A DNA stretch of 62,919 nucleotides, filler included, from Vannella sp. (Eukaryota): NCBI GenBank assembly GCA_023345925.1. It is 8 parts of 8 records of this genome, joined end to end, with 100 filler letters (N's around TTAATTAATTAA, not from the genome) between each part and the next. Parts side by side here need not be neighbours in the genome. Positions count along the whole stretch, not along the records: positions 1 to 17,320 come from JAJQQN010000498.1; positions 17,421 to 26,713 come from JAJQQN010000174.1; 6 more parts are not named here. The stretch is one strand, 5' to 3'. Below, piece after piece: positions 12,977-23,921 of this stretch. Under the pieces are notes generated by a model. The model was not told the DNA's origin and searched no databases. It was given only the letters and a program-made list of their open reading frames with translations. How positions within the stretch are numbered: the first letter of the stretch is position 1; each line of letters starts with the position of its first letter. Position numbers and translations under genes: made by a program.

Positions 12977-14775
12977 ATGTTGGTGGCACGTTCTCAATGG
13001 CTTCGCTCGGGGTGGAGACGGCCTTTGGTGGCACTGAGGGAACAATCAGAAGCTGTAGCAAGTGCCTTTGACTATGATATTTGTGTTATCGGTGCTGGGC
13101 CAAGCGGGTACGCCGCAGCTGTTCGAGGAACCGACTTTGGGAAGCGCGTGTGCTTGGTGGAACGCTCTCTGGTGGGCGGAACGGGGGTGTACAACGGTGC
13201 TATGTCATCCAAGATGATGTGGAAGATGGCTCGTGACCACCAGTTCGCCTTACAACTATCCACGTCTCAGAACGACTCGATTCATCAACGGCACTATCGC
13301 GACGTGGTTGAACGCGTCATAGAAGGTACTGGGCGCAAGAACCAACAATTCAAGTCTCAATTGGATGAGCTACGCCGTCTTGGTGCATCACCAAACGAGA
13401 AGGGAGGAAGTGTTCAACTTGTGGCTGGAGCAGCCAAGTTCGTGTCTCCCCATGAGATTGAAGTGAATGGACCGGGAGAGAAGAGTATGCGCATCTCCGC
13501 ATCCCACTTTGTCATTGCTACGGGGAGCTCTCCTCGAGAACCAACCACCCCACCGCTAGATGGCTTCCGTGTGATGACCTCTGAGCACCTACTGAACCTC
13601 AAGCACTTTCCAAAGTCAATCCTTATCATCGGGGCGGGGTAAGTGCGATCCATGACGCTACCTGACACTGATGGCAGGCGTTAGTGTGATTGGGTGTGAG
13701 TTTGCTACTATCTTTGCAAACTTTGGGAGGTCCAAAGTCTATCTATTGAACAACCGAAAGAGTCGCCTACTCCATGACGAAGATGAAGATCTCTCAGCGG
13801 TCATCACACAAAGTTTGATGGATCGAGGAGTGGAGATTCTCAATAACTGTGAGTTGGGGGACACTCAAGTTCAAGAAGATGGCGTCAGATGTGTCATCCG
13901 AAACACTGTCTCAAAGGAAGAGAAGGAGATTGTCGTGGAGCACTGCTTGTACAGCATCGGGCGCACTCCAAACACCAAAGATCTTGACTTGCATCTTGCG
14001 GGAGTAGAGATCGACAAGCGAGGCGGCATTCTAACAAAAGGAAGTGCCAAATCATCTGCCGCTCACATTTTTGCCAGTGGAGATGTCACTGCAGATATTG
14101 GACTCGTTAATGTGGCTGAAATGGAAGCCCGCCATGCGGTTGAGGTCATCTGTTCCCCTGTGGGGGAGCACTCTACTGAGCTTAACTACCAAAACATTGC
14201 AAGCATCATGTTTCTTGAGCCTGAAGTCGCCTGTATTGGTCTTTGTAAGTTTCTGCGCTCTCATTCCATTCTCACTGAAAGTAACATTCTTCCCGCTACC
14301 AGCAGAGACTGGGGCTAAGATGCAGAAAATACCTTATCGTGTTGGAGTGTACGCTTTTGAGTTGGTCAATCGGGCTATCATCAACGGCAAGTTCACTCGT
14401 TGCTATGTAAAGATGATTGTTGCCAATGATGGCTCCGACCGGCTATTGGGAATGCGTGCTGTCGGCCCTGAGGCCAGTGCAATCATTGGTCCTGCACAAA
14501 TGGTCATTAATTCGGTGAGCAAACCCTCTTATAACCGCCAGCTCGCTCATGAAAGTCAGAATGCCAGAGTGTCTGATCTCGAAAAAGTGCTTTATCCTCA
14601 CCCAGCTATCTCTGAGTCGGTACAAGAGTGCGCAAGAATGTTTTCTGGTCGTAGCATAATGAAACCACAGTGCTTTGTCACCCAGCTCCGCATGGACGAG
14701 CACAATCCCGCCCCAACCGACTCAACCCCCACCGAGAAGCAACTAAACAAGCCCGCTGTGCCCACCTACAAATAA
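12977..14775 (+). CDS. FAD-dependent pyridine nucleotide-disulfide oxidoreductase family protein (lipoamide dehydrogenase/soluble transhydrogenase-like) lacking the redox disulfide; Arg-rich presequence; 3 introns
   Basis: VIGAGPSG, ATGSSP, IIGAG|VIGCEFA, IFASGD, HPAISE; GGTGVYNGAMSSK in place of GGTCxxxGCIPSK. Confidence 0.88.
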
Positions 14776-14864
14776 ACCAGAGTAGATATCGAGTTTTTAC
14801 ATTGCCTTCAACGATTCAGAGTCAGGCCCAATGATGGGGAATTGGGGATTCCCCATTCGGTGGG

Positions 14865-16414
14865 ATGGGCAAGACCTTTGCTGTGGAGGAGATTGGGCGG
14901 CATTCAACGGAGGATGACTGTTGGATAATCGTTGATGGAAAGGTGTATGATGTCACTAAGTTCCTTCAAGAGCATCCAGGTGGAAAGCGGATCCTCCTGA
15001 AGGTGGCGGGGCAAGACGCGACCAAAGAGTTCCATTCCCTTCATGCTCCCGAGATTCTTGACCGCTTTGACTCTCAGCTCCGCATTGGGGATGTTGAAGG
15101 CTCAGTAAAGCTGGAAAATGCCGCCTCTAATGAGTCTGGAGAGCGCGCATTCGGGGCGCTTGAGCCCTTTGCCGAGCCCTACTGGTATAACCCGGAGTTC
15201 AAGAGCCCCTACTACAACCAGTCTCATTGTGACTTCCGTGCGAAGGTTCGTGCTTTCATTGAGAAGGAAGTGGCACCAAATCTCGATGCATGGGAGGAGG
15301 CCATGGACTACCCAACCGAGCTTCACCAGATAGCCTACAAAGCTGGAGGTAGGAGCCATCGGATGCGTGACAATTCCGTGTTTAATCAGTTGTGCTAGTG
15401 TTTGGAGTCTGCTGGCCAGAGGAGTACGGAGGAACACCACCGCCTGGTGGGTTCGACATCTTCCACGACCTCATCTACTGGGACGAGCTTGCTCGCTACG
15501 GAGGAGGATGGCTCGCAGCATGCTTCCTCACTATCAACATCGCACTTCCACCCATCCTGGCGGTGGGTTCAGAGTACCTTCGGCAGAAGGTTGCCCGACC
15601 GACTATCGAGGGAAAGAAGATCATTTGCCTCTGTGTCACCGAACCATACGCAGGAAGTGACGTAGCCAACATTCGTACAACGGCTAGAAGTGAAGGAGAC
15701 TACTACATCGTGAGTGGGGAGAAGAAGTACATCACTTCCGGCATGAAGGCGGACTTTTTCACTGTTGCAGTCCGTACCGGCGAGCCTGGTATGGGAGGTA
15801 TCTCTCTACTACTCTTAGAGAAAGGAATGCCTGGTATCACCTGCCGAAAGCTCTCTACACAAGGCTGGGCATCCTCCAACACCGCGTACATCACCTTTGA
15901 TGATGTCAAAGTCCCCAAGAAGAACCTCATTGGAGAGGAGAACCAAGGGTTCCTGGCTATCATGTTGAACTTCAATCATGAGCGCTTCGCTGGCATTGCC
16001 ATGAGCATCAGAGGAGCTCGAATGTGTGTGGAGGAGGCCATCAAGTACGCTCGCACTCGCCAAACGTTTGGCAAGCGCTTGATAGACCACCAAGTCATCC
16101 GCCATAAGATAGCAGAGATGGTCCGCCGAGTGGAGTCTTCCCATGCGTGGTTGGAGCAAGTGGCCTATCAAATGGAAAGAGGAGTGGACCCTCGCATTGT
16201 TGGCGGATCCACAGCCCTTCTCAAGGTACAAGCTACCACCATCCTTGAGTTTTGTGCGCGAGAGGCCTCTCAAGTACTGGGTGGGGCCAGTTGTCTGCGC
16301 ACAGGAATCGGAGCGAAGGTGGAGAGAATCTATCGCGATGTCCGCATTGCTGCAATCGGAGGAGGTTCTGAGGAGGTAATGCGTGATCTAGCAATGAGAC
16401 AGGCTCGCTTGTAA
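14865..16414 (+). CDS. Cytochrome b5 - acyl-CoA dehydrogenase fusion, C-terminal PTS1-like ARL; one intron ~15349-15398
   Basis: b5 motif VYDVTKFLQEHPGG; ACAD motifs CLCVTEPYAGSD, GEKKYIT, NFNHER, RQTFGK, IGGGSEEVM. Confidence 0.93.
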
Positions 16415-16453
16415 CTCCCTATGATACAATATAGTCTATCGTTCTTTACTTGG

Positions 16454-17077
16454 TCACAGATCCACCTCCATCGCACTTTCGGGTGTGGGAATGGTCTGTA
16501 CTTCGACCGTCAAGGCAGCCATGGGTTGTGGCTGTGGTATCTCTGCTAAAGGAACTTGTGAGAGAGGGGTAACTTGTTCCAATGCCCGGCCCTGGTTTAC
16601 CAGCATCTGCAAATAGAGCGCTTGAATGAGTTCAATCCGCTCCAGGAAGGGTTGCCGTTGTAGTGAGGGGCACCTGGAAGAGAGAAACACAACGCTTTCT
16701 TGTATCACTCGCATGATCACATCAGCAATGATGAGGACGTCGTAGTGAGAGACTAAACTTTGGTGCGCCCAAAGGTTCCGCGCTCGGATGAGCAGGTGGA
16801 TCGATCCGACGAAGTCGAAGAGTTGGTCACCTTTACGAGGGAAAAGGCTGCCGAACAGCGTCTTGTTGTCGAGGATCCCGCCGAGGAGGGATGACGTATC
16901 AAGGCCCTCCAGTCCCTCCTCCACACGGATGTTCCGCCTGCAGTTGAGACCAACCTTCCATTCCACCCCTAATCTCTCTTTCAAAACAAACTCCAGCAGG
17001 AGCCGAAGGGGCCCGTTCAAGTACTGCAAGCATTTCCCCAAAGCCAATGAGTTGTCGAACTCGTTCAGGCGATCCAT
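16454..17077 (-). CDS. Swt1-family HEPN domain protein (putative RNase), intronless
   Basis: HEPN Rx4H motif RNLWAH(Q); upstream helices LGKCLQYLNGPLRLLLE..LGVEW and LDTSSLL resemble the HEPN_Swt1 pattern. Confidence 0.7.
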   Translation of the reverse strand: MDRLNEFDNSLALGKCLQYLNGPLRLLLEFVLKERLGVEWKVGLNCRRNIRVEEGLEGLDTSSLLGGILDNKTLFGSLFPRKGDQLFDFVGSIHLLIRARNLWAHQSLVSHYDVLIIADVIMRVIQESVVFLSSRCPSLQRQPFLERIELIQALYLQMLVNQGRALEQVTPLSQVPLAEIPQPQPMAALTVEVQTIPTPESAMEVDL

Positions 17078-17320
17078 GGAGATGTGTAAAATGATTTATT
17101 GTCCAACCCTTAAAAACTAACAATTGAGTGTGCAAGCACTTTGTGGATGTAACTTTCCCTGAGTCCCTCGTTGGCGTGAGAGTTCACGGCCCCAGTGAAC
17201 GGCGTCCATTTCCCAACCGGAGTTCACACGTTCATTCCAAAGAATCGTTGCTGACGAAGGGAAATGAAAAGGAAGGAGCAACGGCAGGGGAAACGAAAAC
17301 ACAAACCAACCAACTAACCA

Positions 17321-17420
17321 NNNNNNNNNNNNNNNNNNNNNNNNNNNNNNNNNNNNNNNNNNNNTTAATTAATTAANNNNNNNNNNNNNNNNNNNNNNNN
17401 NNNNNNNNNNNNNNNNNNNN
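17321..17420. other. Artificial contig-join spacer
   Basis: N44-TTAATTAATTAA-N44. Confidence 0.99.
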
Positions 17421-17869
17421 CTGCGACCAATCTTAGTAAGTTGCACACTATGGTCCTCCCACGTTCACCCACAGTCGCTCGGTCAGGATGGGTTCCGTCC
17501 GTGTTCACTCTGAAGGAGAACGAGAAAAGTGCAGGCAAAGTGCTTCTAAATTGTGTATATGTTTTAAAGAGGGCTCCTTTTCATCGTGAATTCACCGCCC
17601 CACTAAACGGCACACCGACGGAGCCGAGCGTTCGTTCAAACATGTGGCAGATTGCCAAACGGGGCAGAGTGCTCAAAAGGGATGAGACTGAAGGACAACG
17701 AGCTACTCGAGTTGAACCCTCTTGACCCAGCATAACTGGAGATGTCTCTCAGGCAAACTGGTTAACATTCGCAAACACGCGAATCGGACACGAAGGCGAG
17801 GGGAGACATCTTCACAGTCCGAGTAGATTACATGTTTTTTGTATTTTAGGAGTTGAACATCCTTCCTCA

Positions 17870-20275
17870 TCAGCCGGAAGCATTTTCCGGCTCGGGGCCT
17901 TTGAGGGCGGAGCGCAATTCGGACAAGCGTTGGCCTGAGAGGTTCACGTTGAGCATGCCAGCGTTGAATCCTCCAAATGCTGTGAATGAAAGAAGTTCAT
18001 CAGGAGCAGAGTCCTGGGTCTTCTGCTCCCTGTCCCGTTTGGCCTTTTCGCGGGCCTCCTCCAGCATGCGCTCTTCTTCCTGCTTTTTCTCAATCTCCGC
18101 TTGGCGTTTGCTGGCGATTTTCTCTCCGCGTTGCTCCTCTTCTTGTAGAAGACGTTCGAGGCGCTCCTTTTCTTCGATCTCTCTGGCCAATTCGAGCTCT
18201 TTGACGTGCTGTTTCTTCTCGAGTTCCTTGGGCCAGTGTCAGTTGTCTCTTCTTGTAGGCATGTCGTTCACTTACTTTTTGCTCTTGTTGGGCGTGGCTG
18301 TCTCTGTAAGTGGACCACAAGTTGGTGACCTCAGAAGAGTGAACAACCTCAGAAGGTTTGTCGTCCTCCGAGCTCAATTGGGTCCATGAAGCTGCATTAG
18401 CAATCTCTTCCACAACGACCTGACAGACGTGTTGGTACACCTTTGCTCTGGTACAAGACGGAGCAAACAAACCTGAGAGGAACTTGGGGCTGAGATGATC
18501 TGGGGTGCCGCAGCCAAGCCGGGTATTGGAGCTACAGTCTCGACCACATTGGCCTCTTTCAGCAAGTTAAGAATACTCAAACTCATTCATGGTCAAGTAA
18601 CAAGGACTTACTTTGCCCCGCAGGCTCCGAGTCAGACTCGCTCGCAGATTCTGACTCCTCACTCGCAGACTGAGACTCAGAGTCACTTTCAGACAACTGA
18701 GAATTCTCCTCTTCAGCCTTAACAGTGCCATCGACGGGAGGTATCTGAGGTGCAGGAACAGCAGGCTTACTCGAACGCTGAGAGCGAGATCGCTTGCTGG
18801 ATTTGGACCTTTTCTTTTGTGTGCTTTGTTCGACAAACCGCATCATCGCTCGAAGGGTGGGGATGTCTAGGGAATCAATGTCAATGACAAACTCTTTCTC
18901 TTTTGTGTCCAAGGGGAGCTTGTCTTTGATCATCTTGACAATGACAGCGATGTGTTCGGCAGGTAGAGTACTAACGGCAGAAGAGAGCTGTCGTTTCTCA
19001 TCCTTGGTAAGTGGCATCGCGTCCTTCTGCTGAGATGATACTTGACGAGAGGGAGCTGCCACATCCTGTGTCTTCTTGCCAATAATCGTTCGAATCTCCT
19101 CGCGCATTGTATCTACTGACTCCTTGATGCCACGGAAACCGCCAGTATCAGTCTGTCCAGGCGTGATTCGTTGGGTCAGGGTCTTGATTTTGTCTCCAAA
19201 GGACCTTTTCAGTGTTTCGGCCATGATGAAAACTTCAGAGGCGGGGCTATTGAATGTACATGCGTTGTCAAACACGAGGTTCACCTCCTCGATGAAGTCG
19301 CTGGGTTCGGAATATTGGTTGTTGTTGAGCTTCTGGCGGATTGTTCCAAGATCCATTGGGCGTTGGATGACCTTGAAGTAGTCGGGAACACCCAATCGTA
19401 TTGGATCGACTGGAATGCGGAATGGGCCTCCGAAACGATGTTTGATAAGCTGATCCACCACATCACGACAATAGGAGAACTCAGGGAGGAGGATTGGGTC
19501 CGTACCAAGGGAAGCTCTCGAACGGCGCGGGGCTGCATTGGTGTTGCTCTTCTTGTTAGTCTTTCGCAAGGTCTTTGCCTTTGACTTCTTTGATGCTTTG
19601 CTGCGAGGAACAGCCGTAGCCTTCCAATCCGCGTCGTTGGAAGCATCCTCATCTACTTGGGGAAGTGGAAGTGGAAGTTCTACAGTCACAGGTAGTCCGA
19701 GTTCTACTTGTTTCTCGTACAGTCGAATGTCCACGTTGCGGAGATCGTGTTTGATGTCTGATATCTGCCTTTCGAGCTCAGCTCTCTGTTGAAGGAGGAA
19801 CTGTCTCGTTGGTCCGATTGGTTCCTTCTTCTCTTCTCTATCAACTCTGAGGAGAGCGGGTTCCGACAGCCTTTCACGAGAAACGGAGGAGACCATCGCA
19901 ACCGGGAAAGCTGTCGGGTCCGTCCTCCTCTTCTTCTTGGGGCGACCAGACTTCTTTTTGGCTTTCTTTGGTACCTTGAGGATGGGTTCCTCAATGAGAA
20001 TGCCCTGAAGTAAGGTGTTACTCAACAGCTCTGGTTGAACACACCACTCACCTCGTCGGAGTATTTCGGGTTCTTCTTGCGAACACGCTTTCCGGTCATT
20101 GCAGAATCGGTGTAAGAGGCACTAAAAGGAGCGAAAAGAAGAGGTAAGGACTTGCTGGGTCCCTTGGAGTCGATTTATTCGAGAGGGACTCGTACTCTGA
20201 CTGTTCTCTTCCTAGAGGAGTCTCATCGTAGTCCATTGAGACTGCTGCGGAGGGTTTGTTCACCATGCCGCGCAT
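17870..20275 (-). CDS. BET/GTE-type bromodomain + ET-domain chromatin protein; about 5 introns
   Basis: PFRIPVDP..PDYFKVIQRPMDLGTI..NACTFN bromodomain; ET motif EKRQLS...IDIDSL..TL; small ORFs at 17870-18586 splice on as a C-terminal coiled coil. Confidence 0.9.
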
Positions 20276-21139
20276 CCACCAGAGCTAACCACCCGCCGAA
20301 AAGCTTGAAAAAAAACTAGCGAAGCTTTTATACCCCCACCCAATCAAAATACTGCAATGTGATTGGGCGATTGATGGGGGTATGAAGATATTACACATAC
20401 CTTCTTATCATCACTAAATTATACTGCGAGGTCAGACATAATTATTAATCATTCGTTTGGCGACAACTGAAGATCTGAGAACGAGGGATGACCAAACAAA
20501 ACCAAGGAGATTGGTCTGGAACCGACTCTCAACCACTCTCAGCACCTTAAAGAGTGGCTGTATGAAGGACAGTCTCATGAAGAGAGGTATGAGTCGAGTT
20601 ATGAGTGGAGAAATCGCGCTTGAGGTGTAGAGAGAGACGATCCTATGAGGGCAATACTTTGAAGCTCACACTGCCAACTTGCTGAAGCAAATGCAGAAAG
20701 GGTTTACAACGCGCCTTAACCAGCAAAAGATCGGAGAGTGGCAGTCAAAGAGGTTCCGTGTCCTGTTGATGAGAGAAATAAAATGAAAAGGTGGACTACA
20801 GCTTTTGAGGAACAACGTACTGTGATCGTTGGAACAGAGCAAACCATTGCAGAGATACTCCGGTCCAGAATCATGGAAGGTTCAAGTTCTCTCGGGGAAT
20901 AAACAGGAGTGCCCGTTTCATTTCGATTCAGCACAACCTGATCATCACCCTCTTCAAGAACCAGAACCTTCTTTGATTTCGCTTGGTTATGACCCAGTCA
21001 CGGACATCCACGCCCTGCCGGTCGTAAAAAAATGACCTTCTGATGTGGGCAGTCAGAAAAGAAATGCTGCTCAGGTTCAGAAATTGAGAAAGGAGAGAAA
21101 GTTTGATTTTTTAACGATTATCGTTTACTTTTACTGGGG

Positions 21140-22696
21140 ATGATCAGAGTAGCAGCTCCTGCTAGCAGGCTGTTCAGGCGGTCATGTTCTGGTGTTCCTG
21201 AAGGGCGAGTTGTGGATCCTTCTAAATGGGTTTGGAATACGTCATCCTCTTCTTCTCTCTATGCTGCCGAGGTGATAGATCACTGCTGCCTCCAACTGAA
21301 GCGAAACCACAAAGGAATATTGCCTGATACCAGCAGCACCATTGCCTTCGTTTGGGGAAGCCCTTGGAGACACGGCAATCAAATGCAGGATATACCTGCT
21401 CGCTTAGAGGAGGAGGGCATCTGCCCTGCTAACCGCGTCTTCGGAGCAACCCACTTCCACAGTCTGGTTGGCGTGAAGCACTCCCTCAAAAAGTTCTCCC
21501 TTTCAATCACAGTTGCTCATCTTCCTGGTGTTCACTTCAAGCAGTTCCACATGGAAGGTAACGAGTTCCCCAAGCTCGACTTCTCTCCTTCCCCCATCAA
21601 GGACAAGGAAGACGCTGTAGCTACCTCTACAGGAACTCAAGACAACGAAAGTGAACTTGTGGATGAAGAAGAAGAGTATACGGATGATGTGATCACGAGT
21701 ATGGAGAAGAAGAGGCATCTCATGATGCTCATCAACTCCTTTGACATTGATATGGGCATTCTCCTTCCACGGCTGGACCTGTTCTTCCCCAAGGTTCCCA
21801 AGTTTGGAAACGTGTGGCAGCATAACAAGAGGGAGACGCTTGACCTTGCCACCATGTTCGTGAATGGCAAATACCACCGAGGGGGATCTTCTGGCCTCTT
21901 GATCGAGGGTGATATCGAGCTCGACTACGTAATAAGCAACGGATATGTACCCCTGGGGGAGCCTCTGACGATCACCGAGGCACAGGAGCGCGAGGTATTG
22001 GCCCTTGAGGGACTCGTCGCAACAGATTGTATCGACAGCCGGCTTGAAGCTTTCGGGTTCAACCCTCCTGAGACTAAGGTGCTCTATCGAGTGATCTCTC
22101 GATCCAAAGTGCCAGGAAAGCCTCTCCGAAGCAACAACGTCCACGTCATGTACGACAGCGGCATGACCTTGGAAGATCCTATCAAGGCGGGCGACAAGAT
22201 CCAGTTCTACGCCTTTGATTACCACCGCGTAGTCACTGATCTTGGGGAGAAGCTTGCTCCGTTGGCAGGGAACGCTGATAATCAAGTGGCGATCAGTTTC
22301 TCCTCTCTGATGAGCCCGAATGTGCTCCAGAATATCTCCCAGAAGGCTAAAGCGGCCTCCCCTGGTAACAGCAACCAATCTATCATTGACATGGCAGCCA
22401 CACGCGCAAACAACATAGCTAAGTTCGGCCAAGAACTCTCTGAAGCGGGGAGCGACCAGAACACTGTTCCATCCATTGCAGAGGACTTGGACGCAATTCC
22501 TTCAACAGAGGACATGAAACATGAGGTTGAGCGCCTCGTTCGATATCATCACAAGTTCCCAGAGTCTATGGGAGTCCTTTCCCATTGTACAATCCTCCCA
22601 GATGTTACTACTGGCAAAAGTATGGCGACCACAAGCTCCATGGCATCCGTCTGCGTTGCTGTGATGCGCCCAAATCGCCCGACTCAACCAGAGTAA
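21140..22696 (+). CDS. FIST-domain protein with mitochondrial-type presequence, intronless
   Basis: SITVAHLPGV (FIST_N-like), ISNGYVPLGEPLTITEAQEREVLALEG and GDKIQF (FIST_C-like); N-terminus MIRVAAPASRLFRRSCS. Confidence 0.7.
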   Translation: MIRVAAPASRLFRRSCSGVPEGRVVDPSKWVWNTSSSSSLYAAEVIDHCCLQLKRNHKGILPDTSSTIAFVWGSPWRHGNQMQDIPARLEEEGICPANRVFGATHFHSLVGVKHSLKKFSLSITVAHLPGVHFKQFHMEGNEFPKLDFSPSPIKDKEDAVATSTGTQDNESELVDEEEEYTDDVITSMEKKRHLMMLINSFDIDMGILLPRLDLFFPKVPKFGNVWQHNKRETLDLATMFVNGKYHRGGSSGLLIEGDIELDYVISNGYVPLGEPLTITEAQEREVLALEGLVATDCIDSRLEAFGFNPPETKVLYRVISRSKVPGKPLRSNNVHVMYDSGMTLEDPIKAGDKIQFYAFDYHRVVTDLGEKLAPLAGNADNQVAISFSSLMSPNVLQNISQKAKAASPGNSNQSIIDMAATRANNIAKFGQELSEAGSDQNTVPSIAEDLDAIPSTEDMKHEVERLVRYHHKFPESMGVLSHCTILPDVTTGKSMATTSSMASVCVAVMRPNRPTQPE

Positions 22697-23258
22697 CAAG
22701 ACCACTATTCAATAAGATAATAAGACAGTTGACCAATGATTGATGCGCTCATTCCCCTCTTGGAGGGTTCTTTCGCCGGACTTGGAGATGAACGTGCTGA
22801 ATGGAGTCCTAAACGTGATATTAGGTAACAATCAAACCAATGATTCTCCTCCACTCAGGGAAGGATGCAGGAAGAGAGAGGCGCAAACAGAAAAGAGTTG
22901 AGATTGTTTCATTTCTTCGAAGACTTGAACATGTGCGAAAGCCTCCAGGACCCACAGGTGCCACACTGGCTTGTAAGTTGCGCTCAATGTACGATGACTT
23001 ACCCCTGGTAGAACCCGAAAGCGGCCTCTTCCTTTGTTTGGTGATTCTCCCACTCAGGAGAGCGTCCCATTACCAGCTTCTGGTAGGATGAAGGACCCTG
23101 GCCACCACGTTGCTACTCTGTTTGCAGAAGATGCGGACAGGTTCAAGCAGGAAGAGGGCTTCCGGAGAAACTGAAAACTCTCAAAGGCTCGATAGGGGAT
23201 ATCCAGGTGTATTGGAAGTGTATCTGTCACAGAATGAAGCTGCAAAGAGAGCCTTTCT

Positions 23259-23669
23259 TTACTGCCAAAGCCAAACTGCGGTGGCTGTTTCCCAATACGC
23301 TTGGAAGGCGCAACTTCTTCCATTCCAAAGATCACAATGGCCTGTGGCGTTCGAAAAGGGGACATCGAAGACGATAATGCCTTGTTTTCCAGCAGCGGAT
23401 TGTAAAGTGACTCGGCTTGGAGCTCCAAACTGTTGGGCTAAGTACTCCTTCATGATGACCACTCGAATGATCATCGGGTTTCCATGCTTGTCCTTAAAGT
23501 CTGAAGATCGCCGAATCCGATGCCCTGCAGTCGTCAGTGCATGGCTCACTCGTACGCAGCACAAATTGGTCAGCCCTCCCAGATTACCACCTAACTCTTG
23601 TTTCACTCTGTTCGCTTCTGCGCTGCAAATAGGGTCGTACCACATAGCACCGAAGGATGGCAGAGGCAT
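23259..23669 (-). CDS. tae4: Tae4-like (type VI secretion amidase effector 4) NlpC/P60 peptidoglycan endopeptidase, intronless
   Basis: NLCCVRVSHAL (catalytic Cys), IIRV..MKEYL..FG.P, GKQGIIVF, ATGHCDLWNG (catalytic His), terminal W-x-W. Confidence 0.85.
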   Translation of the reverse strand: MPLPSFGAMWYDPICSAEANRVKQELGGNLGGLTNLCCVRVSHALTTAGHRIRRSSDFKDKHGNPMIIRVVIMKEYLAQQFGAPSRVTLQSAAGKQGIIVFDVPFSNATGHCDLWNGRSCAFQAYWETATAVWLWQ

Positions 23670-23921
23670 TTGAGCAAATGAGAAGAAACGCACTCTTCGT
23701 TGCATACAGACCTTTTGCACCCCTCAGGTGCACTTATGGGATTCCTTTCCAGTAGAGAAAATGGGGTTTCTGCAAAAAAGCTGAAGGGGGATCAAGCCCA
23801 GTCCTCTATAGGAGAAGCTGAGACAGGTTAAATACGATGTGAGATATGAATTGAAGGAACTCGATGTGTTTCAGAATAGAGTAAGGCTCAGAAACTATTC
23901 GATGAAAGAAGAGAAAATAGT

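Noticed and set aside
17321..17420. Recurrent TTAATTAATTAA palindrome (7 copies)
   Set aside because: Always centred in N44 flanks; an artificial all-frame-stop linker, so adjacency across spacers is meaningless
17421..17800. Possible 3' exons of a gene at the contig start
   Set aside because: Splice-like signals present, but no frame or product could be supported
21503..22432. 309-aa antisense ORF over the FIST gene
   Set aside because: Antisense shadow with no independent coding signal
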